From: Euprymna scolopes
Lineage: Eukaryota
Direction: 5' to 3' (one strand)
Assembly (NCBI GenBank): GCA_053919585.1
Contig: CM132788.1
DNA: 64,000 nt
Shown: one piece after another, positions 32,513-45,110 of the stretch
How positions within the stretch are numbered: position 1 is the stretch's first letter
How the letters are laid out: every line of letters begins with the position of its first letter
Translations under genes and position numbers: made by a program
The notes under the pieces: generated by a model
Databases searched by the model: none
What the model was told of the DNA's origin: nothing
Seen by the model: the letters and a program-made list of their open reading frames with translations, nothing else

Positions 32513-35321
32513 TAGGGCAGGTCGATTTGCAACTTTTTTCAGAAAATCAACATGGCACTGGTGATGATAGTTGGGATTTGATGTAATAAGAACATATACC
32601 AAAAATTAGATTCCCATCTTGAACAGAAAATTGAGCATTTCATTTTAAAAATCGTGTAGAAAAATGCTGAAAAATCCTTCATTTTCATAGCATTTTACAC
32701 AACATTGACTTTGAAATTTCACTATTTTTATAAAATATTCAATTAAAATTGATATATTTATATGAAATACATTGAAAGAAAAGTATATACATGAATTATA
32801 ACTTTAATTATGAACCACAACTAGCAAAATATCTCAACTTTTACTGCATTGATTAAACAAAAATTGTAAAAAAAGCTAATTAGCAACTAAGTCTTTTAAA
32901 TTTCACAATTCAAAAAGATATGTGGAGATGTATTACACAATATAACAACTTGATACAAGTTACAGAACCATGTATTTTTTATTAAATGCAATAATATAAA
33001 CTGTTATAATAGAACTAAATTGTTCTGTTCCTTTCGAGGAAAATGGAGATCTATTTGCTGGCACGATGACTTTGTAATAATGTGTCTATGTCTTGCTTCC
33101 TTCCCATATATAACTTTTTAAGAAAAATCAATCAAATTTGACCAGTGTGTGGCTGCAAAATTGATAGCAGTAATCTTTTTATTTATTTTTTTTTGAGTTG
33201 TTCACTATTTCTGTAAAAAACAACAGAAAAATTATTTGAAAACACTTATTTTTTTTATATTTTGCGATGTAATAAAACTAACTATTGTTTGGGTAAATTA
33301 AGAAAACTAATAAAATTTAATGGATAAATATTTATTTACTTAATGGACAAAGCTGTTTGAATGCCCTCTTCTCTCACATCCAATTCATCTTTTATCATTG
33401 ATATTATATTTTCCGGAAGTAGTGCAAAAGCACTATATTTTGTTTAAAACAGTAATTTGAATTTTAGTTAACTGTTTTGTTTCTGTCTTACACTTTACTG
33501 CAAAGTCATCACATCTCAAGACAGAAAGTTTACAGCTACAAGAAAATATATCAAATATTCTGTCTAGCTGTTCCTTCATTCTTTTCACTTTGATTGCTCT
33601 AAGAGATTTCCTGTCAATTTGTTTGGCCCTCTTATAGCAAAATATATTGAACTTCTGTCCTATGTAACGTTCCCTTGTGGATTGACTGCTTGCCAAATAC
33701 TAATTATTTCCTTGGCAATTAACTTAGAAATCTCACTATTTTTAAGTGGGGACAACTGTTTTTGAGGAAGTAACTAAACTGGATGACTTATCGGAAAGTT
33801 GGGGGTGCTGTTTCATCCAAATGACAAGGTGGACCAGCAAACTTTGTGAACCACGGGTTAAAACTGAACGTTCTGCTTTTACTGACATTCTAATCTGAAA
33901 AGTAAAATAAATAAATGGATAATAACTGAAGGAAACTGTATTAGGCTATCTTCCAGTTTCATACATAAAAAAATAAGTGCTAGTTATAAGAAATAATGAA
34001 AAACTTTGTAGAGTTGAATTAGATGTATTGAAGAGAGAGGACCAAACCAAATCAGAGGCATAACAGTGTTTAGTTTAGACATTTTTAGCAGATTTTAGCT
34101 CCGCCTTCGATAACATGAATTTATCCATAAAGAGATTCATTCTTGCTGTAGCTGTGCCATTTTAAACGAGTGTTTAGTGTTTAGAGTTTGAAAAACCAGT
34201 GCTTGTGCATCTATGTTACTATGCTAATAGTATTTTCAAGTTAAATTTAATTTTTATGAAATTTTTGTTTATTAAATTTTTAAGTGAAAGTACAGAATAG
34301 TTACAATAGAACCTCCTGCCCATATTAAGAATGGCTTTCTAAATAACAAAGTTATTTTAGCACAATAACATAAGATGCACACATAACGAAAAACCTTTAA
34401 AGGAGTTTCCTTATTTACTTGTATTAATCTTTGTGGGTTATCTGATTTTAAAACTATAATTTTAGAAGAAAAACACTGCTTAAAAGCAATTACTCCTTAA
34501 AAATAAAAGAAATTAAAATTTGACACTAATTTTCTGCAAATCTACTTATAATAGTAGAAAAACTTGAAAATTTACGTGGTTATGTTTCGTAAAGAATGTG
34601 TAGAATAAAATTGTATGGACTATATTTTTGTTGTTGTTTTAATATAAAACTGGAGTATTACCATATTTTAATAAAAATTTCAAATAGAATTTGATGTGAA
34701 ATATTAGGTTGGTGCAAAAAATAATGCTTTTGACGTTCAAATGAACGTCAAAAAATGACATTGTTTTTGTGTCAACCTCATAGAAAAACAAATTAAAAAA
34801 GATAAAACAAATATGTTTAAATTCACTGCAGACACTTGAAATATAATAATATATATTTTAAACAAGTCTTTTTCGTTTTCCCTTTCGAAATAATTAAGCC
34901 TAAATCGTAATGTTTTCAAATTAAATAATAAACAAACCTTAATTTTCAATATCAATAACGAGCGTGTTTTCCACCCCCCAAAAGGTCCTGAAATGAAAAA
35001 GCGAACTTTGGTCGTTATTATTTAAAAAACATAATTTTGCCTTTACACTTAATATTTATTTATCCTCACTCATTTTATTTTAAAATGTAGTTTAAAAATT
35101 ATTCTAAATAATGATTCTATTTTCTTAACAGTACGGATTGTTTTGATGACGGGGCGTTCTTGACAATTTACCGAAAAACTTTTAATCACTTCAATTTTTC
35201 AACTTTTAAAGTCATTTCCTCAAGCAAAGATAACGATTTTGAGAAAAATATTTTCTATGTCAAACCCCAACTATCATCACTATTGCCTGCCTCACCGGGG
35301 TTCCAAAATCGACCTGCCCTA
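32513..35321 (-). mobile_element. Internally deleted hAT-superfamily (hATm-like) DNA transposon
   Basis: TIR TAGGGCAGGTCGATTT / AAATCGACCTGCCCTA; 9-bp TSD TTGTTACAA (32504-32512, 35322-35330). Minus-strand remnant QLDRIFDIFSCSC resembles hATm transposase N-termini. Confidence 0.8.
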
Positions 35322-35599
35322 TTGTTACAACAGTCGCCACCCTTAGAACCCCCCCCCCCAAAAAAAAATATTTAGAATTTAGAATGAAATCTTTGCTGAA
35401 TTAATCACAATAAATAGAACTTCAGACTTAAGTTTACTGTGTTTATATTCGATTCAACTTGGAATAAAAATCTCTTCTTAATGAAAAAAGAGTTTAATTT
35501 AGATTTCTTTCTTTTAAGTTCGACATAGGAAAACCGGGTGTTTCTATTTTTTGCACAAGGTCAGTGGTTTCGTTTGTCTGCCACGAGACGGCATCTGTG

Positions 35600-36108
35600 C
35601 GAATGTTTACAAATATAACACATGGCCGGCGTATTACAAATCGACGTAAGCGCACTGCGACAGGAGCTTTTATTTGCATGAAGAATGATAATAACTAACG
35701 GCAATAACTCTTCTCAACTTCAGAGTTATGACAGAGGGAACATAATTATTACAACATCTCCCCTCTTCAATTGAGAGTGAACTCATTTAATTGCTTAACA
35801 AAATTTTATTTTATTTTATTTATTTTAAATTGGAGAATATAGTCTATCTGTTTAAGGGTGTGGAACTTTATGGATCTCGTCTCTGTGGGGCCTTTATACA
35901 TATTAGGGATCTTCTAAGCTCGGGGTTGGTCTGCAGGATTCACTGGTGTGTGATTCCGTAGTTGGCTGCTTTATCCGTGTAATTGATGACTAGAGTTACA
36001 ATCAGGATTCGGTTCTGGGGTTCCGGAAGGAGTGAGTAACTTGCTCGACAACAGCATGTTTCTGCCCTCTTCTTTTCCAATCGACCACACTTAGCCTCTC
36101 GCCACCAT
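35600..36108 (-). mobile_element. 3' end of a Gypsy element (pol C-terminus, PPT, 3' LTR; far LTR boundary uncertain)
   Basis: Minus strand LRRSLICIKAPQRRDP*, PPT GAAGAGGGGAGA (35757-35768) abutting TGTTGTAAT. LTR similar to 55428-55588. Confidence 0.65.
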
Positions 36109-39100
36109 TGTCACACCCCACAATCTGAACGTCAACAATACGAAATACTTTTCAAGAGAAGATGTTCACGACTCTTTTCTTTTTGCAATCTCCAGGGAAT
36201 TTTCCCCAGCTTTTATATCCTCCTATCTAGAAAAAAAAAAAAAAAAAAAAAGGAAGAGACAGGGGGAAAAAAATAGCTTCTGCCTTCCCAAGATGCCCTT
36301 TGTGTATATAAATGAGCTAGCCATCCTTTCCTTCTTCTTTCCCAAAGAGCGATGCCGATAGGCCCGGTACGTTATTATTTTTTTTTTCTAACGATTACTT
36401 CACACGACCCCCTGATCTTCGAGATCAATAAGACACTTCATAATCCTTCATCCTAGCAGGCCTCCTCCTCTCACGTTGAGGCCTCCGGGGGAAAACTTCT
36501 TGGGGATTGACGTTTTCAGGTTCACTACGGACATTCTCGTCCGGTTCTAAAGAACCACAATGTGGGGCTAAGCCGAATTGGGGTGCATCGTTAGTTTCTT
36601 GGTGAATCTCGACTTCCTCCTCTTCACTGCCATCACTGCGCACCGGCAGGGTTACACGACGCAGGTCTAGGATTTGCCAGGTGACGCCATTCACCATCAC
36701 ATTGTTCTTTGACTGCGTTCCAGTTACGACCTCCCTCTCCCAGTGAGTGGTACATTTTTCATTGGGGGGGGGGGGCTTCACACACACCTCCTCACCCACT
36801 TTAATGGGAGCTTCTTCACTCTCAATTCCTACCGTTTTGTTGCATGGATGCCGCCACTTATATGCAAAGATGGCTCTATGAGACACAGTTGTCTCATCTT
36901 GTCTGGTTTTCAGTGAGATGTTGTACCAAAACACCGCTTCCATGGGTGCAATGTTGCTTTTTTCCACAGCAGCCTTGATGGTGCGATGATTCCTCTCCAC
37001 TATCCCATTGCCACTCGGCTGATATGCTGCCCTAAAAAATTGCCTTACTCCCCACTTATCACACACCTCTTTAAAGGCTTCTGATCGGTAAGCGTGGCCA
37101 TTATCCATTAACAGTTCCTCAACCGGCCCTCTTTCCAAAAATATTTCTTCGATGACCCCTCCGATCGCCCATGCAGCTTCTGCCCTGATCTCTCTTCATA
37201 TGGCAAACTTCCCCGGTCCACAGTCGACCATCGACAGATACAGCTTATGGCGATAATGGGTCACATCAATGGCCAATCGCTTCCAGTCCTCCGCAATGTG
37301 TAACTCTCCTGCTTCATGTCTGGATGGTCCAGGGTCTATCGATTGGCACTCCTGACAGTGCTCCACTACCTCCCTGACGTCCTTCTCGGTGTTTTCTGGG
37401 TAAACCTCTCTTGCCAGGAATAACGTCCGTTCTCGACCAAAGTGGTTAATTTTATGTAACTTTTTAACTTCCTCCCCTGCACAGCATACCGAGGAAACCT
37501 CCTTTCTATCTTGCAGCCAGGCCTTCTTTACCTGTGTTATCGAATCCGCCTTGTTCTTTTCTGATACCTTCAACTGGAATTCTGCTATCAAATCTGTGAG
37601 TGCTCCAAGCCTGCACTTGATCGGCATTTCTGCAGCACCTCTGGTCCTAACTCTCTTATCGCCAGTCACTGCCGACCTGATCCGTGAAACTACTGTTGCC
37701 GAATTGGATTTGATTTCAATCGTTTTCAATCCCCACTTCAGAGCCAGATTGATTCCTTTCATAGCGGCCTCCATTTTGGCTATGTTGATATGGGAATAGT
37801 TGTTTTTCTTTCTTAGCCACGACGCATCTTTCACAGTTACACCTCTCATCTCTAATACGACGCCCAATGCCAGGCTGCTGGAATTGCACCAAATCACCCC
37901 TCCGTCTCCGCCGCTTTACTGAGTCTTCTTTCATGTCTCTAGCGATGATTTCTTGTAGCATGTTCATGACCTACTTCGTCACATGGCTCTCCCAGCCATC
38001 AGTGCCCATTTGTTTAATAAAGCTGCATGCTATCCTGAGCCAGCTGGCGATTGGATAGTGTCCCACCAGTCTCCCGCAGACCGAGAAGAGTTCTCGTTTT
38101 GTCAGGTCGGTTCCGATTGCGGGTTTTGCATTCCCTCGTCTAAAGACAAGGCTTCCTTTGCCATCTCGGCATGTTTTCAACCCCAACGCCGCTCCTCCAT
38201 CCAGGGACTCCGCCAGTTTTGCAGTCAACCCATACCTCGCCACATGGCCTCTCACCTTCTCTGCTGTCACCTCTGCTTCCTCCATAAGAATGTCCTCAAT
38301 GTATGAACTAGTGGCCTTGTCCACTGTACAGTCTTTACTCAGCACCGTCTTCAGCATGGCAGTCATAATTTTGGGGGCTGAGCTTGGCCCAAAGTCTAAC
38401 CTCGACAGGCAATACATCTTCCCCTTGTACCAGACCAATTGATGTTGCCAGAGTTTTTCATCTACATGGATCTGGAGATAAGCCAACTTCAGGTCAACAA
38501 TCTTAGTGGCCCACTCCATCCTCCTCCATTTCCTCATAACCTCTTTGCATACATCAATCCCCTTTCCAGTGTGGCAGGCTATGTATCTGTTTAATTCTCT
38601 GAAATCCAGTACCGGTCTAACTTTATTCTTTGTGGGTTGAACAACTGCCAGTAATGGTAGCACTCCTTTATCTTCCCCTGTCCACGGTTTCAGAATTCTC
38701 TCCTCTATCCACCTCTCCACTTCTTCTTCGAATCCTTTTCTTATTTCTCCTCGCAGTGTTTTCTCATAGCAGCTTACTTTCTTTCGTAGTTCCTGAGGCC
38801 CGGAGATCCATTTCTATTCCACCGTCCACCTCTCACCATCGAACCTCGCCAGGAAATCCTCGTCCTCGATGCAGCAAGCCTCCGGTTTTTGCATTCTGAT
38901 ATTTCTATCACCTTCCACTCCTGCCATTCCTACTGCATCGAGGCGTCTGAAAGTTACTTGGCCCCCTCTCAACCTAGTGCCCCCCCCCGTTGGTTGATCG
39001 CACTTACACCTAAAACCCCATCAACATCACCAACCAGACGATCCAACACCAGGTCTCGTAGTCCAATAGGCATACCTTGCACCAGTGCTTCCGCTGTTGT

Positions 39101-40073
39101 CTCTCCTAGGCATTTCACCCCCCTACCATCCACGGTCTTAATACTCCTGGCTCCGCTCCATGATCTTGCGACATTCTTCACTACCAACATCATGGTGCAG
39201 TCTGTGTCAACAAGGGCCATGGCTCTCTTCCCATTGACTACTACCGGTAACTGAAGCAACGTTTCGTTGTGTGCTATTTCCACATAGAAGGGGGAACCAC
39301 TGGCGCAATGGCTCCCCTTCACTCGTTTCCCTGGTCCCATGAAGCAATGCAATAGCGGCTAATGTGCCCCACTCGTCCACATCGGTAGCAGGTGACCCCC
39401 GGTCTCAGCTCTTTGCAGTCCTTGAGCAGGTGAGGACCCTGGTACCGGAAGCACTTGATGGCAGGTTTCCCTTCCTGTGGCCTCACTGTCTGTCTCTCGT
39501 CATTCAAGTGGAGCCTCATGCACTTATTTCCACTCACAGCTGCAGCCACGATTGGGCCCTTGATATTCTTGACTAGGACTCTGGCGTGGACCAAGAGATC
39601 GTCCACTTCCATCGTATTGATCTCAGTGATTCTCTGCATGTTCACAGAGATTTCTTCTGGGAAGCTGTTCACTAGGTATAGCTTTACCATCATCTCCAGG
39701 CTCCTCCCCACATAACCAGCCAATCCTGCCAGTCTCCTGATCTCCGCAGCAAAGACGTCAACAGAGTCGCCAGTCCACCTCAAACTTGCAAGCTTGCCGA
39801 GTGCTTCAAATGGACTCTCAGCGAAAGCCAATTTCAGTCTTTGCTCCACTGAGGCAAGGTCTCCCTTATCTTCATTACGCATCTGCTGGTAAATAGTGAG
39901 GGCTTCCCCCTCTAAGTAGAGCGGCAGCAGGGTGACCACATCTTTGATTTTTTGCAACCTTGCCACCATCTTTAATTTTTCCAGCCATTTAATTAGGTCA
40001 CCTTCCCCAGTGAAGGGTCTCAACATCTGAGTTGAGAGTCTCCAGTCAGCCATGTTTACCTGCTTGACTCGCC
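36109..40073 (-). mobile_element. LTR retrotransposon E, close relative of C; 5' LTR and most of PBS deleted
   Basis: 3' LTR 36109-36404, PPT AAGATCAGGGGGTCG, intact gag, fragmented pol highly similar to C. LTR sequence differs from C. Confidence 0.92.
39319..40053 (-). CDS. gag: Gag of element E (244 aa, open)
   Basis: MADWRLSTQMLRPFTGEGD.., two zinc-knuckle-like motifs (CFRYQGPHLLKDC, CYRCGRVGHISRYC), ends QGNE*. Confidence 0.88.
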   Translation of the reverse strand: MADWRLSTQMLRPFTGEGDLIKWLEKLKMVARLQKIKDVVTLLPLYLEGEALTIYQQMRNEDKGDLASVEQRLKLAFAESPFEALGKLASLRWTGDSVDVFAAEIRRLAGLAGYVGRSLEMMVKLYLVNSFPEEISVNMQRITEINTMEVDDLLVHARVLVKNIKGPIVAAAVSGNKCMRLHLNDERQTVRPQEGKPAIKCFRYQGPHLLKDCKELRPGVTCYRCGRVGHISRYCIASWDQGNE

Positions 40074-40200
40074 AGCAATACAATTTTGTGTATCGTAATT
40101 TTCTTTGTACCATTTCCAATAGTTGCATCACAAAATTTTCCTTTCTTCCACAAATCCACCATATTCGCCAACATGCTACTCTGATTATTTGAACAACATA
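40066..40200 (-). pseudogene. BTB/POZ-domain (Kelch-like) gene fragment truncated at element E
   Basis: Manual minus-strand translation: NQSSMLANMVDLWKKGKFCDATIGNGTKKITIHKIVLLAS, matching the BTB N-terminal pattern (L..L...G.FCDV.L......HK.VL.A.S). Upstream sequence to ~40700 is frameshifted. Confidence 0.75.
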
Positions 40201-40886
40201 AGAATCAGAGTCGGAATCTCAGCAGGTTTACTATGGTTCTGGCAACATTTCAATGTGTGAAGAAACCACAGTATCAACATATATTTGTACTCCTGAATTT
40301 TGATTGAAGAGGAGGTACTTTGTATTCATCTACAAACAACATCATGGATTGCAGAACATTTTGTTTATTTTTGGAAGAAGCAGCTGCTTGATATCCACTG
40401 GAAAGAACTGCATTCAATCAAGATTTCCAAAGATTTTCTTCATTTACTAAAAGAAAGGGCTTCTTGATATTAGCTTTGAAGATCGTCATCAATTCTGGAT
40501 TTCAGAACATTTTCTTTACAATTTGATCTTGGCATTGGATCCGGTTTTGTATTCTGCCGAGATGTATTTTTGTAGCTGTAACAACTGATTTTACAGCTAA
40601 GTTTAGGGTTACTAACCATAGTTTCCATGCTGTCTATAGCCTTATCAATATTGGACCTTTTCAATTTACAACATGAAATGTTGCACTAACAAATCTGTTG
40701 TGGAATTTTACTCCTAGCCGACAGGTTCCTTCTTGTTCGGCTGAAAGTAATTAACCATATTGCTGTCGCTTTGAGTGGCAATCCATGCAGTCTTTTTATA
40801 TACTTTCTTGGGCAAAAGGTTGCTCATAGCACATCTATCGACAAGCATTGACGTTTATCTGCATTTGTCTGTTGCCAAGTTTCAAG

Positions 40887-43874
40887 TGTGGGAAAAGCGT
40901 GTGTGTGCCTTGTAGGGATAATTCGCTTGACATAGCAATCAAAAGGGAAATAATTCTATAAAGAAAGTTATCATCTTTTATAGATCCTAAAAAGACAAGA
41001 GAGTTTCACTGGAGGCACAGAAAATAATATGGCGCTTCGCTTGGCACAGGAATATCGTTCTGTAAATAATTAATGTTTCTGCCGTAAATGAATTATATTT
41101 AAATTATAATAAGTTGGTTCATTTAATTTTTTGAATTCCAATGATTCTGACAATCCATTCTCCGAATACAATAACAGGAAAAAAATGGCGACTCACAGTT
41201 ACTTTTGTGCTTGACAGTCATGCATGAGTAACACAAACTCTCACTGTTTCTATGCAAATGGGACTATCTTAGTGCATAAAAGGAATGGTGAAGAGGACGG
41301 AAGGAAGGAGAGGTAATGTGGACAAGAAAACGTACAATAGATTGTTTAAGTCGATTAGAAAAAATGTAGACAAAAAAGATCACAGAACTTTATTGAAACT
41401 AACTTTCAGACTAGAAGTTATTTCGACTGTATATTACCTTTTGGTGATGAAGGGCAACATTGTTGATGTCCTACGGATTCTGGAGCTTAGTGATGCTGCG
41501 ACTAATATACCCATTATCGAGTAGGATATGACATAAAGGTTTACGTCACAAGATCTCCAGCTATGGTATAGCTGGAAATGTCTTCTCAATTATTAAATCA
41601 TTTCTCTCTGATAGGTTCATAAGAGTACTAGTTGATGGGCAAAAATCAGAAGCTCACAGTATTAATGCTGGAGTCCCTCAGGTGTCCATCCTGGGCCCAA
41701 CTCTTTTCCTGATCTACATTAATGATCTTCCTAATCACATCCTTACATCATTCATAGACATTTTTGCTGATTACACTATCATCTATGGTAGCACATCTAA
41801 GCCCATAAACGACCAAGTTCTCTCTGATTCTCTCTCCTCTGATCTTGAGCACGAGGTACAATGGGGAAATGAGTGGCCGGTTACTTTTAATGCATCTAAA
41901 ACCAAGCTTCGATCTTTACATCATCAACGTTCTGACCCCCATCTGGCATCAATTGAAATGAATGGTTCTCGTCTTGGTGAGGCCTCATGTTTTGACAAGC
42001 TTCTGGGCTTGACCTTTACTCCTGATCTGAAATGGAACACGTACATCAAATCTGTTGCCAAGGCCGTTGGAAAAATAGTGGGATCCTTCTATCGATCCAG
42101 TAGATATCTCACTGCTGATGGAATTCTCTATCTATGTAAGAGTCAGGTACGTCCAGGGATGGAGTACTATTGCCACATCTGGGTAGGAGCTGCTAGAAAG
42201 GACTTGTCCTGCCTTGATAGAGTTCAAAATAAACTTCATAGCCTAATAGGAGATGCCCTTTTCTCTTCCCTGCAACCTCTATCTCACAGAAAAGATGTTG
42301 CGAGTTTGTCTCTGCTTTATCGTTATTTTCATGGCAAGTGCCTGACTGAGCTTCAATCTATGGTCTAGTTGAAAACACTATCAATAATTTCCCCCACTCT
42401 TTATCTGTGCCTAACCCTAAACGTAGATTCCATGAACAAAGCTTCTTTCTTAGAACTACATGCCTATGGAATTGTCTTCTGTTTTCCTGCTTTCCAGCTG
42501 ACTACAATATGGTTGTCTTCGAGTCCAACGTAAACAAGTTTTTGATGATCCGTTCCACTTAAGTTAACAAATTTACCAAATTTCCATTACTAACAATTAC
42601 TATATTGTCCAATTGACTACTGTACACTCTTAACCCTTATCCTCGAGTGGTCTCTGGGCTTTGATAAGTGGTTATGCCTATGTAAAAAAAAAAAAAAATT
42701 CGGAACTTGTGTGTGAGCTTTACACTATGAAGAATATTGAGCACATCCTGCCATTGAGATTGTAAGGTGGAGCTTTAGCCATATACAGGTAACTTAGTCA
42801 GGAATAGAAAGCAGATGCAAAACAGATCAAGCAAGCTTTCATAACCGCATATGCTACTGTTGCATTTAATGCAAATGATTAGTTTATCCCTCGACAATTC
42901 GTCCAGATGAAACAGTAGACAAGTTTGTTTTTTTTTTGCTTAGCTGTGATGCCTAGCTTGGTTGGAGGACCATTGTCCAAATGTGGGTCATTGGTTCACA
43001 TACACATGTGTCTCTGAACTACCGCAACATGTTAAACATTTACTATGTGCCTCATCCAGGATAGAAACAATGAGTGCAAAATAACTGTTAACCCAAAGCT
43101 GTCAAAACTGGCAACACAAGCCTTACAGAATTGGCTGCCACTTTTATCAAACGGACACCTTCACAATCAAAGGCACATAATGGTGGTGTAGCATTGGAAG
43201 CAAATGGGACTGTCATTAGAGATGTGTGTTGGTTACATCCAACTAACAATGCTCAGCACATCAATCCAGCTAAACTTGATGTGGCACTCAAAGGAGTCAA
43301 TTTGGCCCTTTATTGGGAGACAACAGTGTTACACTTGGTCACTGATTCAGCATGTCACTGATTAACTGGAAAGGCATGCGTAAACATGAGTGCAGCTTGT
43401 GAGATGCTAGTCAGGCGATGGTTAGGAACCTTGCAATCGTTGGTGAGAATTTTCTAACTATCATTGACTATGATTCCTCTAGATTTTCAACATGACAACC
43501 ACTGCAACAACAAGATGTGACAACTATTATCCAACAGTTAGAGAATATTTTCCTTGAGCAAGGCCTGCTAACTAATAACAACACTGCATTCAGTAGTAAA
43601 GAATTTGGTGAATTTGTGAAGAATTGGGATGAGCATCTGCGGTTTTGCTGTGCATATTCGCCGTGTGGAAATGGAATTGTGAAATGATGTCATAGAACCA
43701 TTAAAACTATCACAGCCAGAAAGAATTGTTCAATATTGAAAGTGGTCTACTGGCACAATGTCATCTAGAAAAATAACGTTTCACCTTCCTCTGTGTCAGC
43801 TGATGCACTACATAGTCTGAATAAAGGGTGTTGAGGTTAACCCGCTGCCTGAAACAGAGATAACTGGAGGGAAG
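40887..43874 (+). mobile_element. Old, heavily deleted element F of the tRNA-Phe-5' PBS lineage, split by a LINE
   Basis: LTR ~40887-41415 (similar to 48283-48573, with a ~245-bp insert), PBS-like AGTTATTTCGAC 41416-41427. gag start continues after the LINE (ELVCELYTMKNIEHILPLRL). RH HINPAKLDVALKG, IN remnants, purine tract before 43875. Confidence 0.7.
41523..42698 (+). mobile_element. 5'-truncated CR1/L2-group LINE, relative of 31008-32080
   Basis: SILGPTLFLIYINDL, FADYT, MEYYCHIW; poly-A at 42684-42698. Confidence 0.9.
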
Positions 43875-45031
43875 TGTGATATTCATCAAAGAAGCAACCG
43901 GCCACGTGTTTGTGCCTTGTGTGGCTATACAAACGATAAATAAATAATCAACACTGACCCCAGAAATGTCCTTATGTCTGTTTGTCCTGTGGGCTAGTAA
44001 GAAAAAAGAAAAATCAAAAAGATCCAAGATGGCGTCCGTGATCTTCTAAAGCCTAGTCTCACATGGTCGCATGATACACCTGCTAATCAGCCATACTCAG
44101 ATTGGGAAAAGCGTCCAAACCTGTATACAGTGAATAGTGCTCTGCGTCTTATCAGACATTTTGATACAACTCGTATAGTGAAATTTGCTTTGCATCTCGT
44201 AAGACATTTTCTTTTTGTTTTGCTACAAGCTATTTTGGCCATTTTTGTTTTCAATCAAGTGGTGTTGGGAGATAAAAAGGCAATGACTGAATCGAAGTTT
44301 GATTTGAAGCTGATACCCGAATTTGACGGGTCCACGTCTGTTGTTGACTGGGTTGAAAGGGTTGAGTTGACCTGCAACCTTTGTGAAGTAAAGAGGATTC
44401 CCTTGAGATTGGCTGGAGGCGCCTTGAGTGTATATCAACAATTTAGTGCTGCCGAGAAGACTGACTTAACGGCAAGTAAAAACGCACTGTACAAGGCATT
44501 TGACATGGATCCATGTACAGCTTATCAGAAATTTGCTTCGAGGAGACTCATGGCAGGAGAAATGGTGGATGTCTTTTTTGCAGAGCTGAAAAAACTTGCA
44601 ATCTAGTTTGGTGGTGGCGTATCGGAATGGACATATGCATATGCGTTTGTGGCCAGCCTTCCAGCCTTCCAACGTAGTAAACAACTGCTGAAAGTCTCCA
44701 CCAACATTTCAGTAACGCCTATGGAACACTTGCTGGAATGTGCTCGAGCCATTATCAGAGATGAGGAAGACCTGGGGAACCAGTGCAGACAGCCTAGAAT
44801 AGTGCAGGGGAGACTCCTAGTATGAGCTCCATGACCAATGGGAGATGTTTATGCTGCGGTCATTTTGCGAAAAGTTGCAATGACAGGGAATGGGAATGCG
44901 CACACTGTTTGCAATGCATTCCAAAGGTATTGGACACTTAGCTCCTAATTGTGTGGGAAATGTGTCAGGGGATAGGACATCAACGTTGCTCTGCTCCCTG
45001 GACAAGATGTAAGTGAGGCACAACCAACAAT

Positions 45032-45034
<3 letters not shown>

Positions 45035-45110
<76 letters not shown>
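45035..45110. repeat. (TA)n microsatellite within element G
   Basis: About 38 TA units with one TG interruption. Confidence 0.95.
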
